Part shown: piece by piece, positions 41,726 through 49,735 of the stretch
Numbering within the stretch: position 1 is the first letter of the stretch
Layout: each line of letters starts with the position of its first letter
Source: a virus
Virus record (IMG/VR): IMGVR_UViG_3300027777_000031
Location: 25,864-89,863 of that record
Length of the DNA: 64,000 nucleotides
Reading direction: 5' to 3' (one strand)
Program-made: the position numbers and the translations under genes
The notes under the pieces: model-generated
The model's database searches: none
Seen by the model: only the letters and a program-made list of their open reading frames with translations
What the model was told of the DNA's origin: nothing

Positions 41726-41881
41726 ATGAGACCAACATTAAAAGAAGAAGACAAGCGTGTTAAAGTATCCATAACTTTAACTCCGGAAATTAACAAAAAA
41801 ATGGAAGATGATTTAACCAATAAATCAAAATTAATTGAAAAATTATTAAGAAAATATTATGGAATCAAAGATTTGTACTAA
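41726..41881 (+). CDS. Small ribbon-helix-helix-like protein (51 aa)
   Basis: Manual translation MRPTLKEEDKRVKVSITLTPEINKKMEDDLTNKSKLIEKLLRKYYGIKDLY; overlaps the HNH start. Confidence 0.55.
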   Translation: MRPTLKEEDKRVKVSITLTPEINKKMEDDLTNKSKLIEKLLRKYYGIKDLY

Positions 41882-42572
41882 GTGTAAAATTGAAAAAGAA
41901 TTATGTGAATTTAATAAATATTATTTATCAAAAGATGGTCATAAACCAAATTGTCGTGAATGCCAAAAAATTGAAACTAAAATTTATAAATCAAAAAATA
42001 AAGAAAAAATAAAAGAGCAAAGTAAAGAATATTATATAAATAATAAAGAAATTATAATAAAAAAACATAATGAATATTATCTAAAAAATTTAGAAAAAGA
42101 AAAAAATAGGGGTAAAAAATATTATAACAATAATAAAACAAAATATCTAATAAACCAGCAATTATATAGGGATAATAATAGAGAAAAAGTCAATAAAAAT
42201 AAAAATAATTACCAAACCAATAGACGAAAAAATGATTGTTTGTATAAATTAACTGAAAATATGAGAGGTAGAGTTAAAGATTATTTAAAGATAAAAAATA
42301 TAACTAAAAATAATAAAACTTTTGAGATTATTGGGTGTTCCCCGGAATACTTAAAAGAATATTTAGAACAAAAATTTACTGAAGGAATGTCTTGGGATAA
42401 TTATGGGTTATTTGGGTGGCATATTGACCATATAACCCCATTATCTTCTATCAATACAGAAGAAGATTTGTATAAGTTATGTCATTACACAAATCTTCAA
42501 CCATTATGGGCGTTTGATAATTTAAGTAAAGGTAATAAAATATTAACACCTCTATCCAACAACACCTTTTAA
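41859..42572 (+). CDS. HNH homing endonuclease
   Basis: N-terminal CxxC pairs; WHIDHITPLS...HYTNLQPLWAFDNLSK. Confidence 0.8.
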   Translation: MESKICTKCKIEKELCEFNKYYLSKDGHKPNCRECQKIETKIYKSKNKEKIKEQSKEYYINNKEIIIKKHNEYYLKNLEKEKNRGKKYYNNNKTKYLINQQLYRDNNREKVNKNKNNYQTNRRKNDCLYKLTENMRGRVKDYLKIKNITKNNKTFEIIGCSPEYLKEYLEQKFTEGMSWDNYGLFGWHIDHITPLSSINTEEDLYKLCHYTNLQPLWAFDNLSKGNKILTPLSNNTF

Positions 42573-43202
42573 TTCATCCGTGTGGTGGTCAAATAACATA
42601 TCCGACGCAATCTCACGTTTATCCATTATTCGTATAATATCATCCATATCATACACACCAAACGTTGGGTGACCATCCATACCAACGTCCATTTTTTTAC
42701 CTTTACCAAACCTTAAATTTGTTGGGAGATGTACGTGCCCGTGAAGTTGGATATGTCCTTTATTTAATCCATCCCAACTCGTTACAGGATAGTGAAATAA
42801 AACAAATGTTTTGAATTTATACATCAATTTTGTGTAGTGACTAACACTTGTAAATAATTCTTGTACATTCTCTCTATTTTTTTCTATGCTTGTATCGTGA
42901 TTTCCCAATATAAGGTGAATCTCTTTACACAAAATTCTATCTCTAAACTTTTGAATGTTTTCCACACCAGAAAAACTCCAATCCCCAAGATGAATTAACA
43001 CATCGTCTTGTCCAACAACACTATTAATGTTATTGACGATTGTTTCGTTCATCTGTTCTATTGTATTAAAATCTCTTGTTTGAGATATTGGAACACTTCC
43101 ATCAGGAAGACGCCATTCGGTCACTCCTCTACAAATATTTTTGTGTGCGAAATGTGAATCTGAGCACACCCACACTTTTCTATCTTTTTCTATCTTAATC
43201 AT
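42552..43202 (-). CDS. Calcineurin-like metallophosphoesterase
   Basis: SDSH, LGD, GNHD, HGHVH motifs. Confidence 0.85.
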   Translation of the reverse strand: MIKIEKDRKVWVCSDSHFAHKNICRGVTEWRLPDGSVPISQTRDFNTIEQMNETIVNNINSVVGQDDVLIHLGDWSFSGVENIQKFRDRILCKEIHLILGNHDTSIEKNRENVQELFTSVSHYTKLMYKFKTFVLFHYPVTSWDGLNKGHIQLHGHVHLPTNLRFGKGKKMDVGMDGHPTFGVYDMDDIIRIMDKREIASDMLFDHHTDELKGVVG

Positions 43203-43692
43203 ACTGCAAATCTAATTCTTTTTTTCCAAACCAAAAAGGTTTTTCTCTGTTTTTCCAAGATGCCAAACTAATTTTTGCACCCATATAATAATTTCTATAA
43301 GATTCCACAACAGAATCTACCTTAAACTCATCCGGCATCGCTCTCGCCGGAGTGGTAAAACCAATGTCCGGAATGTTAGGTCTATTTACAATACACCATT
43401 CAATCACCTCAATTGATTTGTGTCGTTTACCATACCTGTGGGTATATTCCTTACCTAATTCCAATCCCAATTCACACAAGTACAAATAATTTGATAAACT
43501 CTGACGAGCCCATACCGCACAAGGATGATTCTTATGTGACAACTTGTAGGGTACTTGGGGGGTAACTTGGGGGGTCGTGTGATGAACCGAACATAATAAC
43601 TGAGCCGTTTCCAAAATCATTTTAACTACGTGTTTATCTACGTGGTATCTTGCCGACAATGTCGGATTCTCATCTAAGAAAAATATATTCAT
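43195..43692 (-). CDS. Pyrimidine-dimer DNA glycosylase / DenV-related family protein
   Basis: MNIFFLD, DKHVVKMILETAQLL, HKNHPCAVW, EYTHRYGKRH. Confidence 0.65.
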   Translation of the reverse strand: MNIFFLDENPTLSARYHVDKHVVKMILETAQLLCSVHHTTPQVTPQVPYKLSHKNHPCAVWARQSLSNYLYLCELGLELGKEYTHRYGKRHKSIEVIEWCIVNRPNIPDIGFTTPARAMPDEFKVDSVVESYRNYYMGAKISLASWKNREKPFWFGKKELDLQYD

Positions 43693-44141
43693 TATACGTG
43701 TGGTATTTGGACTCTCACACAAGTTTGTGCTTGACCCTCGTTCATTAAAAAATTGTTACAAAAACCCATTATATTACTCGCCCCGATTGGATTAGCCGAA
43801 TGAACATACACAATTGGAAACACAAATTTATGAGCTTTTCTTTCACTTCGTGTCATATTAAATCGTTCTTCATTTGTGTTGTGAAATAACGATACCAAAA
43901 ACTTTATAGCATCATAACCGGTTTTTTCGTGAATATTATTATAATCCAAAGTGTAATTTGGTGAAACATTATCAAAATATTCTTTCATTGCTGTATCACC
44001 CAAATCGTGGTCTAAGGAAATAATATCAATATTACCCAACCCAAGTTCATTAACTTTATCTACGAATTCATCGTAATTTCTTACGACAATCCAATTATCT
44101 CCGGTGGGAGTTCTTACGTCATCTAAATAAATTCTATACAT
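43692..44141 (-). CDS. Cyclic-phosphate-processing receiver domain protein
   Basis: IYLDDVR, ISLDHDLG, TGYD, VHSANPIG. Confidence 0.75.
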   Translation of the reverse strand: MYRIYLDDVRTPTGDNWIVVRNYDEFVDKVNELGLGNIDIISLDHDLGDTAMKEYFDNVSPNYTLDYNNIHEKTGYDAIKFLVSLFHNTNEERFNMTRSERKAHKFVFPIVYVHSANPIGASNIMGFCNNFLMNEGQAQTCVRVQIPHV

Positions 44142-44244
44142 ATCTCTTAATTTTGCTACAAAGATAATCAAATATTTGAAATAAAAAAATCCATCACGAA
44201 AAAAATGATGGATTTAATTTGAAACCTTGTTATTTGTTTATTTT

Positions 44245-45105
44245 TTAGAATTTGTTCCCACAAGAAGAACAAAATTTATCGGAATCTTTTTTTCTTTTTT
44301 TTCCGCAGTTAGTACAATACACTTTTAAGTCTTGTTTTTCAAAAACCTTTTGTGACACCGGAAGAATCTTCCATATAGATGTTGCACAAGTATAATGGTT
44401 AAAAGTTTTATCCACAGTTTTGAAAGATTGGTCAGATGAACCACCTTTTTCAACCCTACCTGTTTCAATAGAATTTTCACTATTATCTATTAAAGAATCC
44501 ATAGTAACTTCACTACGAGAATTACCTTTAGATTTTTTTGCACTTCGTAAATTTGGTCCCGCAAAAGTATTACTTGATGCCGTATTAAAACTAATACCTC
44601 CTGTATTAGATGTTGATGTAAAATTTAAATTTGTTGATGGTACCGAACCATTACTTACATAACCCCCCGTTACATTATAACTATTATAAGTGTTACAAGT
44701 TGGTATACCAAATGAACCCCCAATATAAGTTATAGGGTTATTCCACACCGGTTGTTTATATTCATCAAAGAAGTCAATAACAACATCCCCATTTCCGGCG
44801 ATGGCATCCAATACCTCATTTGATGTTCCATCAACCTCATAAGTTTCAAACTTAAATTTACGAGCGTCGTCAAGGTATCTTTCAAGAAATACTCTTTGTC
44901 CCGGTTTAAGAACAATTCCTCCTCCGGAGATATAACTTCCGTCAAGTTTGATTTTCGCTAATACTGTGGTTGATGAGGGGTTAAATAATTCTAGTTCAAA
45001 TTCTTCCCCGTTGTTTAGATAGACAGTTTGTCCAAATTGTTTAAGACGTTTTCTGTCTTTTGTGATATACGCACAAGGCGTACCTGTTTTTGTTTGGTAA
45101 TACAT
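44245..45105 (-). CDS. Hypothetical protein with C-terminal zinc ribbon
   Basis: CTNCG...CSSCG at the C-terminus. Confidence 0.7.
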   Translation of the reverse strand: MYYQTKTGTPCAYITKDRKRLKQFGQTVYLNNGEEFELELFNPSSTTVLAKIKLDGSYISGGGIVLKPGQRVFLERYLDDARKFKFETYEVDGTSNEVLDAIAGNGDVVIDFFDEYKQPVWNNPITYIGGSFGIPTCNTYNSYNVTGGYVSNGSVPSTNLNFTSTSNTGGISFNTASSNTFAGPNLRSAKKSKGNSRSEVTMDSLIDNSENSIETGRVEKGGSSDQSFKTVDKTFNHYTCATSIWKILPVSQKVFEKQDLKVYCTNCGKKRKKDSDKFCSSCGNKF

Positions 45106-45277
45106 AATTTCCTTATTTTATTTTTTATGTTTATTGAACTTCTCTTCGTTGGTATCAATTCCAACTCAAATGCCTCTGTGGACACGAGAACCTCAGCAAC
45201 AAGGTTTCATTTATAAATATAAGGATACTTTATTTTGTTGTAAATAAAAAACCCCCAAGTTTCATTGGAGGTTGTTG

Positions 45278-45349
45278 TGGCCTCGGGGAATCACGATATC
45301 CCAACCTTTTCGTTATGAGCGAACTGCTCCACCTTTGAGCTACGAGACC
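45278..45349 (-). tRNA. tRNA-CAT (probably Ile2; Met not excluded)
   Basis: Cloverleaf, loop CTCATAA, atypical T-loop ATCGTGA. Confidence 0.75.
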
Positions 45350-45388
45350 AATTATGGGTTTTTAATGAACCCACAAACATATGTCAAC

Positions 45389-45619
45389 TTATTGGTGGTG
45401 TTTCACATACCTACCAAATTTATCAACCCTCACAGAGAGTTTCTCCAATCTAAAGTTCCATTGTTTGAACTTTCCTAAGCCCGATTTAATTCGTGCTTGT
45501 TTAATCGCAGATTCCTCTGCCTTCTCACGTCCTTCTTCCGTAGTTTCTACGAAAAAAGTGGGAGCCTGAACACCGTTATAAACGGGGACTACTCTCCAAA
45601 TTCTCAATTTCTGAGTCAT
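45389..45619 (-). CDS. Hypothetical protein preceded by a uORF and hairpin
   Basis: 76 aa ORF. Confidence 0.6.
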   Translation of the reverse strand: MTQKLRIWRVVPVYNGVQAPTFFVETTEEGREKAEESAIKQARIKSGLGKFKQWNFRLEKLSVRVDKFGRYVKHHQ

Positions 45620-45688
45620 AATACTTGAATAATCAAGTACTACGTGGAGTTGGGTTGGTTGTTTTTCATATTAGTAAATATTATTCAG

Positions 45689-45773
45689 TATCCGGAAAGG
45701 GACTTGAACCCTCAATTTCTCTTCAGAAAACTAGATTTTAAGTCTAGCGTGTATACCATTCCACCACCCGGAT
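45689..45773 (-). tRNA. tRNA-Leu(TAA)
   Basis: CTAGA-CTTAAAA-TCTAG; long variable arm. Confidence 0.9.
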
Positions 45774-45999
45774 GTTTGGAAAAACTGATGAACACGTTAT
45801 CCATCTTTGACTTGAGTTAGTCGTTACCGTTTTTCCGTTTTTTTTGAGAGATTTCCCATTGAAGTAATGTCAATCTCGTCCTAAACCAAACCATACTTTC
45901 TTTTAAGGATAAGAAACTTCTAACTACCTATTTGATGCCACTGACTTTTCTTAACTACAAAAAACAGACTCACAAACTGAACCCCGAAAAAACGACTCG

Positions 46000-46116
46000 T
46001 GGATAGAGTAGGATTCGAACCTACAATAGTACCATACTTTTTCACCTGCCGGTTACTTCAAGGACTCGAACCTCATATTCCGATGCCTCGGACGCTTTAC
46101 CATTTACCACCTACCC
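46000..46116 (-). ncRNA. tRNA-like RNA with two T-arms
   Basis: GGGTAGG/TCTATCC acceptor, TCCGA-GGCA-TCGGA hairpin, two GGTTCGA.TCC arms. Confidence 0.6.
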
Positions 46117-46122
46117 ATTTTG

Positions 46123-46196
46123 AGCTTCCTGTCAGAATCGAACTGACTCTATTCCGGGTTACAAATCCGGTGCACCACCATTCGTGCGTAGGAAGC
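46123..46196 (-). tRNA. tRNA-Thr(TGT)
   Basis: Loop TTTGTAA, cloverleaf. Confidence 0.85.
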
Positions 46197-46351
46197 CTGT
46201 CGCAGAGCATTTTTTTTAAGTAGAAGTCAGCTCTGTCTCTTAAACTACTATTTTAACATCATCACTTCGGCCACATTGGGAGAACCGCAGTTCCCACGTT
46301 GTTTAAGGAGGTAGTTGGCGGTGTATCACACCGAGTTATGATAATGTATTG

Positions 46352-46424
46352 TACCTCAGGAGGGAATCGAACCCTCAAAATCTTGTTCCTAAGACAAGCG
46401 TGTCTACCGTTCCACCACCAAGGC
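46352..46424 (-). tRNA. tRNA-Leu(TAG), short variable loop
   Basis: CTTGT-CTTAGGA-ACAAG. Confidence 0.85.
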
Positions 46425-46432
46425 AATTGTTG

Positions 46433-46504
46433 TACCCTCAATAGGACTCGAACCTATATCAAAACATTAGAAGTGTCTTATTCTATCCCTTGAACTATGA
46501 AGGC
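46433..46504 (-). tRNA. tRNA-Arg(TCT)
   Basis: Loop CTTCTAA. Confidence 0.88.
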
Positions 46505-46511
46505 AATTTTG

Positions 46512-46585
46512 AGTAACTAGCCGGTCTCGAACCGGCCTTATTCCACATTGGAAGTGTGGTGCCATACCTACTAGGCGATAGTTAC
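46512..46585 (-). tRNA. tRNA-Gly(TCC)
   Basis: CCACA-CTTCCAA-TGTGG. Confidence 0.88.
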
Positions 46586-46634
46586 ATTTTAAACTTATAC
46601 CTTGAAAATAAATTTAAATTTTAAATCTATAAGT

Positions 46635-46808
46635 TTATACTTTTGTTTTAAGAGTTTCAATCTCTTTGTTGATTCTCTTCTTATCAGAATCAGTTAATGG
46701 AACTTTCACATCTCGTGTCCCTTTTTCGGTTTTTAAACCATTTTTTAATTGTTTCTCCAACATTTCAAGAACTCTTTGTTGTCTTGACCTTTTTGCTGCT
46801 GTTGCCAT
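46635..46808 (-). CDS. Small basic protein (57 aa)
   Basis: Manual translation MATAAKRSRQQRVLEMLEKQLKNG...KRINKEIETLKTKV. Confidence 0.6.
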   Translation of the reverse strand: MATAAKRSRQQRVLEMLEKQLKNGLKTEKGTRDVKVPLTDSDKKRINKEIETLKTKV

Positions 46809-46831
46809 ACGGATTTAGTTATTAAATTAGT

Positions 46832-46903
46832 TGCAAATCTCAGGAATTGAACCTGATTAAGTCAGCTTATGAGACTGATGAGATACCTTACCTCCCGACT
46901 GCT
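46832..46903 (-). tRNA. tRNA-Met(CAT), bulged acceptor
   Basis: TCAGT-CTCATAA-GCTGA; T-arm TCAGG-TTCAATT-CCTGA. Confidence 0.7.
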
Positions 46904-46918
46904 GTGTATTCTTCTTTG

Positions 46919-46994
46919 TAGCGAAGTGCAGGTACCGCCCCTGCCTTATGTCAAGTTTATGAGACTTGCGGAAACTCTATGCCCCCCACTCGCG
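46919..46994 (-). tRNA. tRNA-Met(CAT), atypical
   Basis: CAAGT-CTCATAA-ACTTG; T-loop GGCGGTA; bulged acceptor. Confidence 0.6.
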
Positions 46995-46999
46995 ATGTA

Positions 47000-47668
47000 T
47001 TATTTTTCGTAATTTTTTTTCCATTTTCTAATAGTATTATCACTAACACCATATTTTTTTCCACACCCTCTATAACCTAAAGAATTAATTTCATCAATCA
47101 ATTGAAAGTAATTAGGTCTCTCAACTTTACGTTGTTTAATTTGAGAACATTTAACACAATTTTTATTTTTTTCAAAAGTTGGATTACCACATTCACATTT
47201 ATGAATAACTTTATCAAGATGTTTCACATTTCTACCTCCGTGAGTAGGTAATCCTGCATTACAGTTAGGACAAACAATTCTTAAATTTTCAATTCTATTG
47301 TCATTATTAACACCATTTATATGGTCTAAAATTAAACTAATTTTATTACCCATCCAATTTTCATCTTGACCACAAATTTCACAACATTTTTGTTTTAATT
47401 CTTCTTTGTAAAGTCTCTCTTTCAAAATAGTTGTATTTAAGTATAATGAATTTTCAACTAAAATATCAACTAATTCTATTTTTTTCTTACCTTTACCACC
47501 GGATGATGTTAGTCTAAAATGATTTGTCGGAATTTCAAATAGATTAATATATTTTTTAACTGTTTGTCTATTACCATAAAATGGTTGTAAACCTAATTTC
47601 TTTGTTACTTCCGAATAATTGTTAGATGAATTAACAATCTTTTCTAAAATTTCTTTTGAATATCTCAT
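47000..47668 (-). CDS. HNH endonuclease within the tRNA array
   Basis: CEICG, LDHINGVNNDNRIENLRIVCPNCN, C-terminal HTH. Confidence 0.85.
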   Translation of the reverse strand: MRYSKEILEKIVNSSNNYSEVTKKLGLQPFYGNRQTVKKYINLFEIPTNHFRLTSSGGKGKKKIELVDILVENSLYLNTTILKERLYKEELKQKCCEICGQDENWMGNKISLILDHINGVNNDNRIENLRIVCPNCNAGLPTHGGRNVKHLDKVIHKCECGNPTFEKNKNCVKCSQIKQRKVERPNYFQLIDEINSLGYRGCGKKYGVSDNTIRKWKKNYEK

Positions 47669-47733
47669 AATCTGTCTTTTATTATAAATATCTCGAACTC
47701 TTAAAAAGTGACAGAAATTTATATTTTTTTTTG

Positions 47734-47809
47734 CGGTCCCGGAGGGTTTCGAACCCTCATTTTAGAGCAGTGACAGTGCAATTCCCCTACCAATGGGGCT
47801 CACAAGACC
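47734..47809 (-). tRNA. tRNA-Asp(GTC)
   Basis: Loop CTGTCAC. Confidence 0.8.
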
Positions 47810-47908
47810 AAAATTTCAATTCAAAGGTGACAATCCTATAACAATTGAAGGAGAAAGAACCGTGTTTCCCGGGTAGTGACTTCCCGTATTCTGTCTTTCT
47901 GTTTTTTG

Positions 47909-47980
47909 TGGAGATATAGGGAATTGAACCCTAATTTACGATTTGCAAAACCATTGTAATAGCCGTTATACTATATCCCC
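47909..47980 (-). tRNA. tRNA-Ala(TGC)
   Basis: G3.U70 pair, loop TTTGCAA. Confidence 0.9.
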
Positions 47981-47985
47981 AATTG

Positions 47986-48057
47986 TAGCCCCACCGGGAG
48001 TCGAACCCGACTTTTTTGGATGAAAACCAAATGTCCTAACCGATAGACGATAGGGCC
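47986..48057 (-). tRNA. tRNA-Glu(TTC)
   Basis: TTTGG-TTTTCAT-CCAAA. Confidence 0.9.
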
Positions 48058-48102
48058 GTTTTATATTACCAATACGTCAATTAACTTGTTTCAGTTTGAT
48101 GG

Positions 48103-48356
48103 TACAAAGATAATACTTTATTTCATTATACCAAACTTTTTTTATCCTTCTCTATCCTCAATAGAAAACCCTGCACTATCGTATTCAGGTCCTTGGTCTT
48201 CTTCCGGAGTGACATTTACCAATCCGTATGTTACACCTAAAATGGGAGAATATTCCATCCCTAACTCTTCATTCATCGTTTTTTTGTCCGACATAATAAT
48301 TACATTTTTAATTCGTTACAAAGATAATACTTTATTTCATTATACCAAACTTTTTT
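48103..48356 (-). repeat. 40-nt direct repeat containing the promoter, flanking a 50-aa acidic ORF
   Basis: TACAAAGATAATACTTTATTTCATTATACCAAACTTTTTT at 48103-48142 and 48317-48356; ORF MSDKKTMNEELG...IEDREG between them. Confidence 0.8.
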
Positions 48357-48357
48357 A

Positions 48358-48393
48358 CAAAAAAAAATCCACCTTTTTTGAAGATGGATTTTT
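48358..48393 (-). terminator. Attenuator terminator upstream of tRNA array 2
   Basis: AATCCATCTT-loop-AAGGTGGATT followed by a T tract. Confidence 0.75.
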
Positions 48394-48419
48394 GAATATT
48401 TTTTTTACTTAAATATATA

Positions 48420-48494
48420 TCATACCATCTGCTTCCAAGTTGTATCTCTACCCTCAGTTCCTGCTATCGTAAGTAATATGTTTAAAGTTTGCAT
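48420..48494 (-). CDS. Putative leader peptide 2, MQTLNILLTIAGTEGRDTTWKQMV
   Basis: 24 codons ending shortly before the terminator; codons match array 2 tRNAs. Confidence 0.7.
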   Translation of the reverse strand: MQTLNILLTIAGTEGRDTTWKQMV

Positions 48495-48566
48495 TTGTTG
48501 TGTTATTGTAATTTCTAATAAATATATACCTTTTTATAAAAGTGTCAAGTATTGGTAAGATTTATT

Positions 48567-48911
48567 TTAATTATCCCAAATATTTTTATCTTTATTCCTT
48601 TTAAGGGATTTTTTATATTCAATAACTTTCTTTGGATTTATGAATCGAACCCCATTATAAACGAACGAGTGATTATCAATTAAGTCATCAATATCGTATT
48701 TGGGCCAATTATTGAAAAATTCAATATCTTTGGTTCTATATTCACCTTCATCATTAAATTCCCATTTTGATGGTCGTATAATCACATCTAAGTCATTAAC
48801 ATCATCAATCATACCGGTGATTACTAATGGCGCGGAGCCAAAAACCGCATAATCCTCAGAATCTAAGTTATAGTCCTTGAGTTTATCCATTAAAAATTTA
48901 AAGTTTTTCAT
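48567..48911 (-). CDS. Small nucleotidyltransferase-like protein
   Basis: YAVFGSAPL...NDLDVII; C-terminal RNKD. Confidence 0.6.
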   Translation of the reverse strand: MKNFKFLMDKLKDYNLDSEDYAVFGSAPLVITGMIDDVNDLDVIIRPSKWEFNDEGEYRTKDIEFFNNWPKYDIDDLIDNHSFVYNGVRFINPKKVIEYKKSLKRNKDKNIWDN

Positions 48912-48930
48912 ATTGATAAATATAAAGAAA

Positions 48931-49126
48931 AAAGTTTAACAACCCCGCCCTCGGGTCGTAGCGGGCTACAATGGGAATTCCGGAATTGGTCGTGTTCCTC
49001 ACCGGCGTACCAGTCCTTATCTATCCTTTACCGTATTTCTACGGTGCTACTGTTGGGAGGTCACCCCTATCAACACGACTAGTCCATTAGTTTTTTAGAG
49101 TATGGACACCCCGGTTGTTAAACTTT
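48931..49126 (-). ncRNA. Putative structured RNA of about 195 nt
   Basis: 14-bp terminal inverted repeat AAAGTTTAACAACC/GGTTGTTAAACTTT; GC-rich internal hairpins; strand assumed. Confidence 0.55.
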
Positions 49127-49135
49127 TTATTTTAA

Positions 49136-49287
49136 AAAAACAGACAATGAGGATTCTCCGATATTTCAGTCTTAGGGGACTAGACGGGCATCATACCCGT
49201 GTTTACCCTCGGCGGTCTCTTGGTTTGATTGATTACTCCGAACCTCACCCCTACACTACCACTGACGTAAGTTATAGGTCTGTTTTT
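49136..49287 (-). ncRNA. Putative structured RNA of about 150 nt
   Basis: Terminal stem AAAAACAGAC/GTCTGTTTTT; internal ACGGG-CATCATA-CCCGT; strand assumed. Confidence 0.45.
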
Positions 49288-49357
49288 ATTTCTTCAGGAG
49301 AGACCCCCAAGGGATAACCATAACGGAATTACCCTTGACTCACTCTCCGTCTTCTTG

Positions 49358-49464
49358 CCCTTCCAGTGGGAATCGAACCCACATACTCTTAATACATTCT
49401 TGGGATGGTTACCGGAGGGAGATGTATTCGTCTCTGTGTTTTGCTCTTGTTAAACTACAGAAGG
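49358..49464 (-). ncRNA. tRNA-like RNA with expanded anticodon domain
   Basis: CCTTCTG/TGGAAGG acceptor, D-arm, T-arm GTGGG-TTCGATT-CCCAC; about 55 nt middle with an AATACAT/ATGTATT stem. Confidence 0.6.
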
Positions 49465-49470
49465 ATGTTG

Positions 49471-49542
49471 CACGCCGCCAAGGACTCGAACCCTGAACTT
49501 TGAGGTTGGAACTCAAAATGATAACCATTTCACCAACGACGC
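49471..49542 (-). tRNA. tRNA-Trp(CCA)
   Basis: TTGAG-TTCCAAC-CTCAA. Confidence 0.85.
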
Positions 49543-49593
49543 ATTTTACTGCTCAAATTTAAGACTATTTACTGCTCAAATTTAAGATTTTTG

Positions 49594-49663
49594 AGGTCTC
49601 GGTGGGAATCGAACCCACTCTGTAGATTTTGCAGACCTACCGGTCGCCACGACCATCAAGACC
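49594..49663 (-). tRNA. tRNA-Cys(GCA)
   Basis: Loop CTGCAAA, U73. Confidence 0.85.
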
Positions 49664-49735
49664 ATTTTAAAAAAACACCCGACCTGACCTGCCAGATATT
49701 ACGTGTCGTAGCGCTTTCGTTACGTAGCGGGTGTT

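Noticed and set aside
49545-49587. 20-nt near-tandem duplication TTTACTGCTCAAATTTAAGA
   Set aside because: Two copies only; most simply replication slippage
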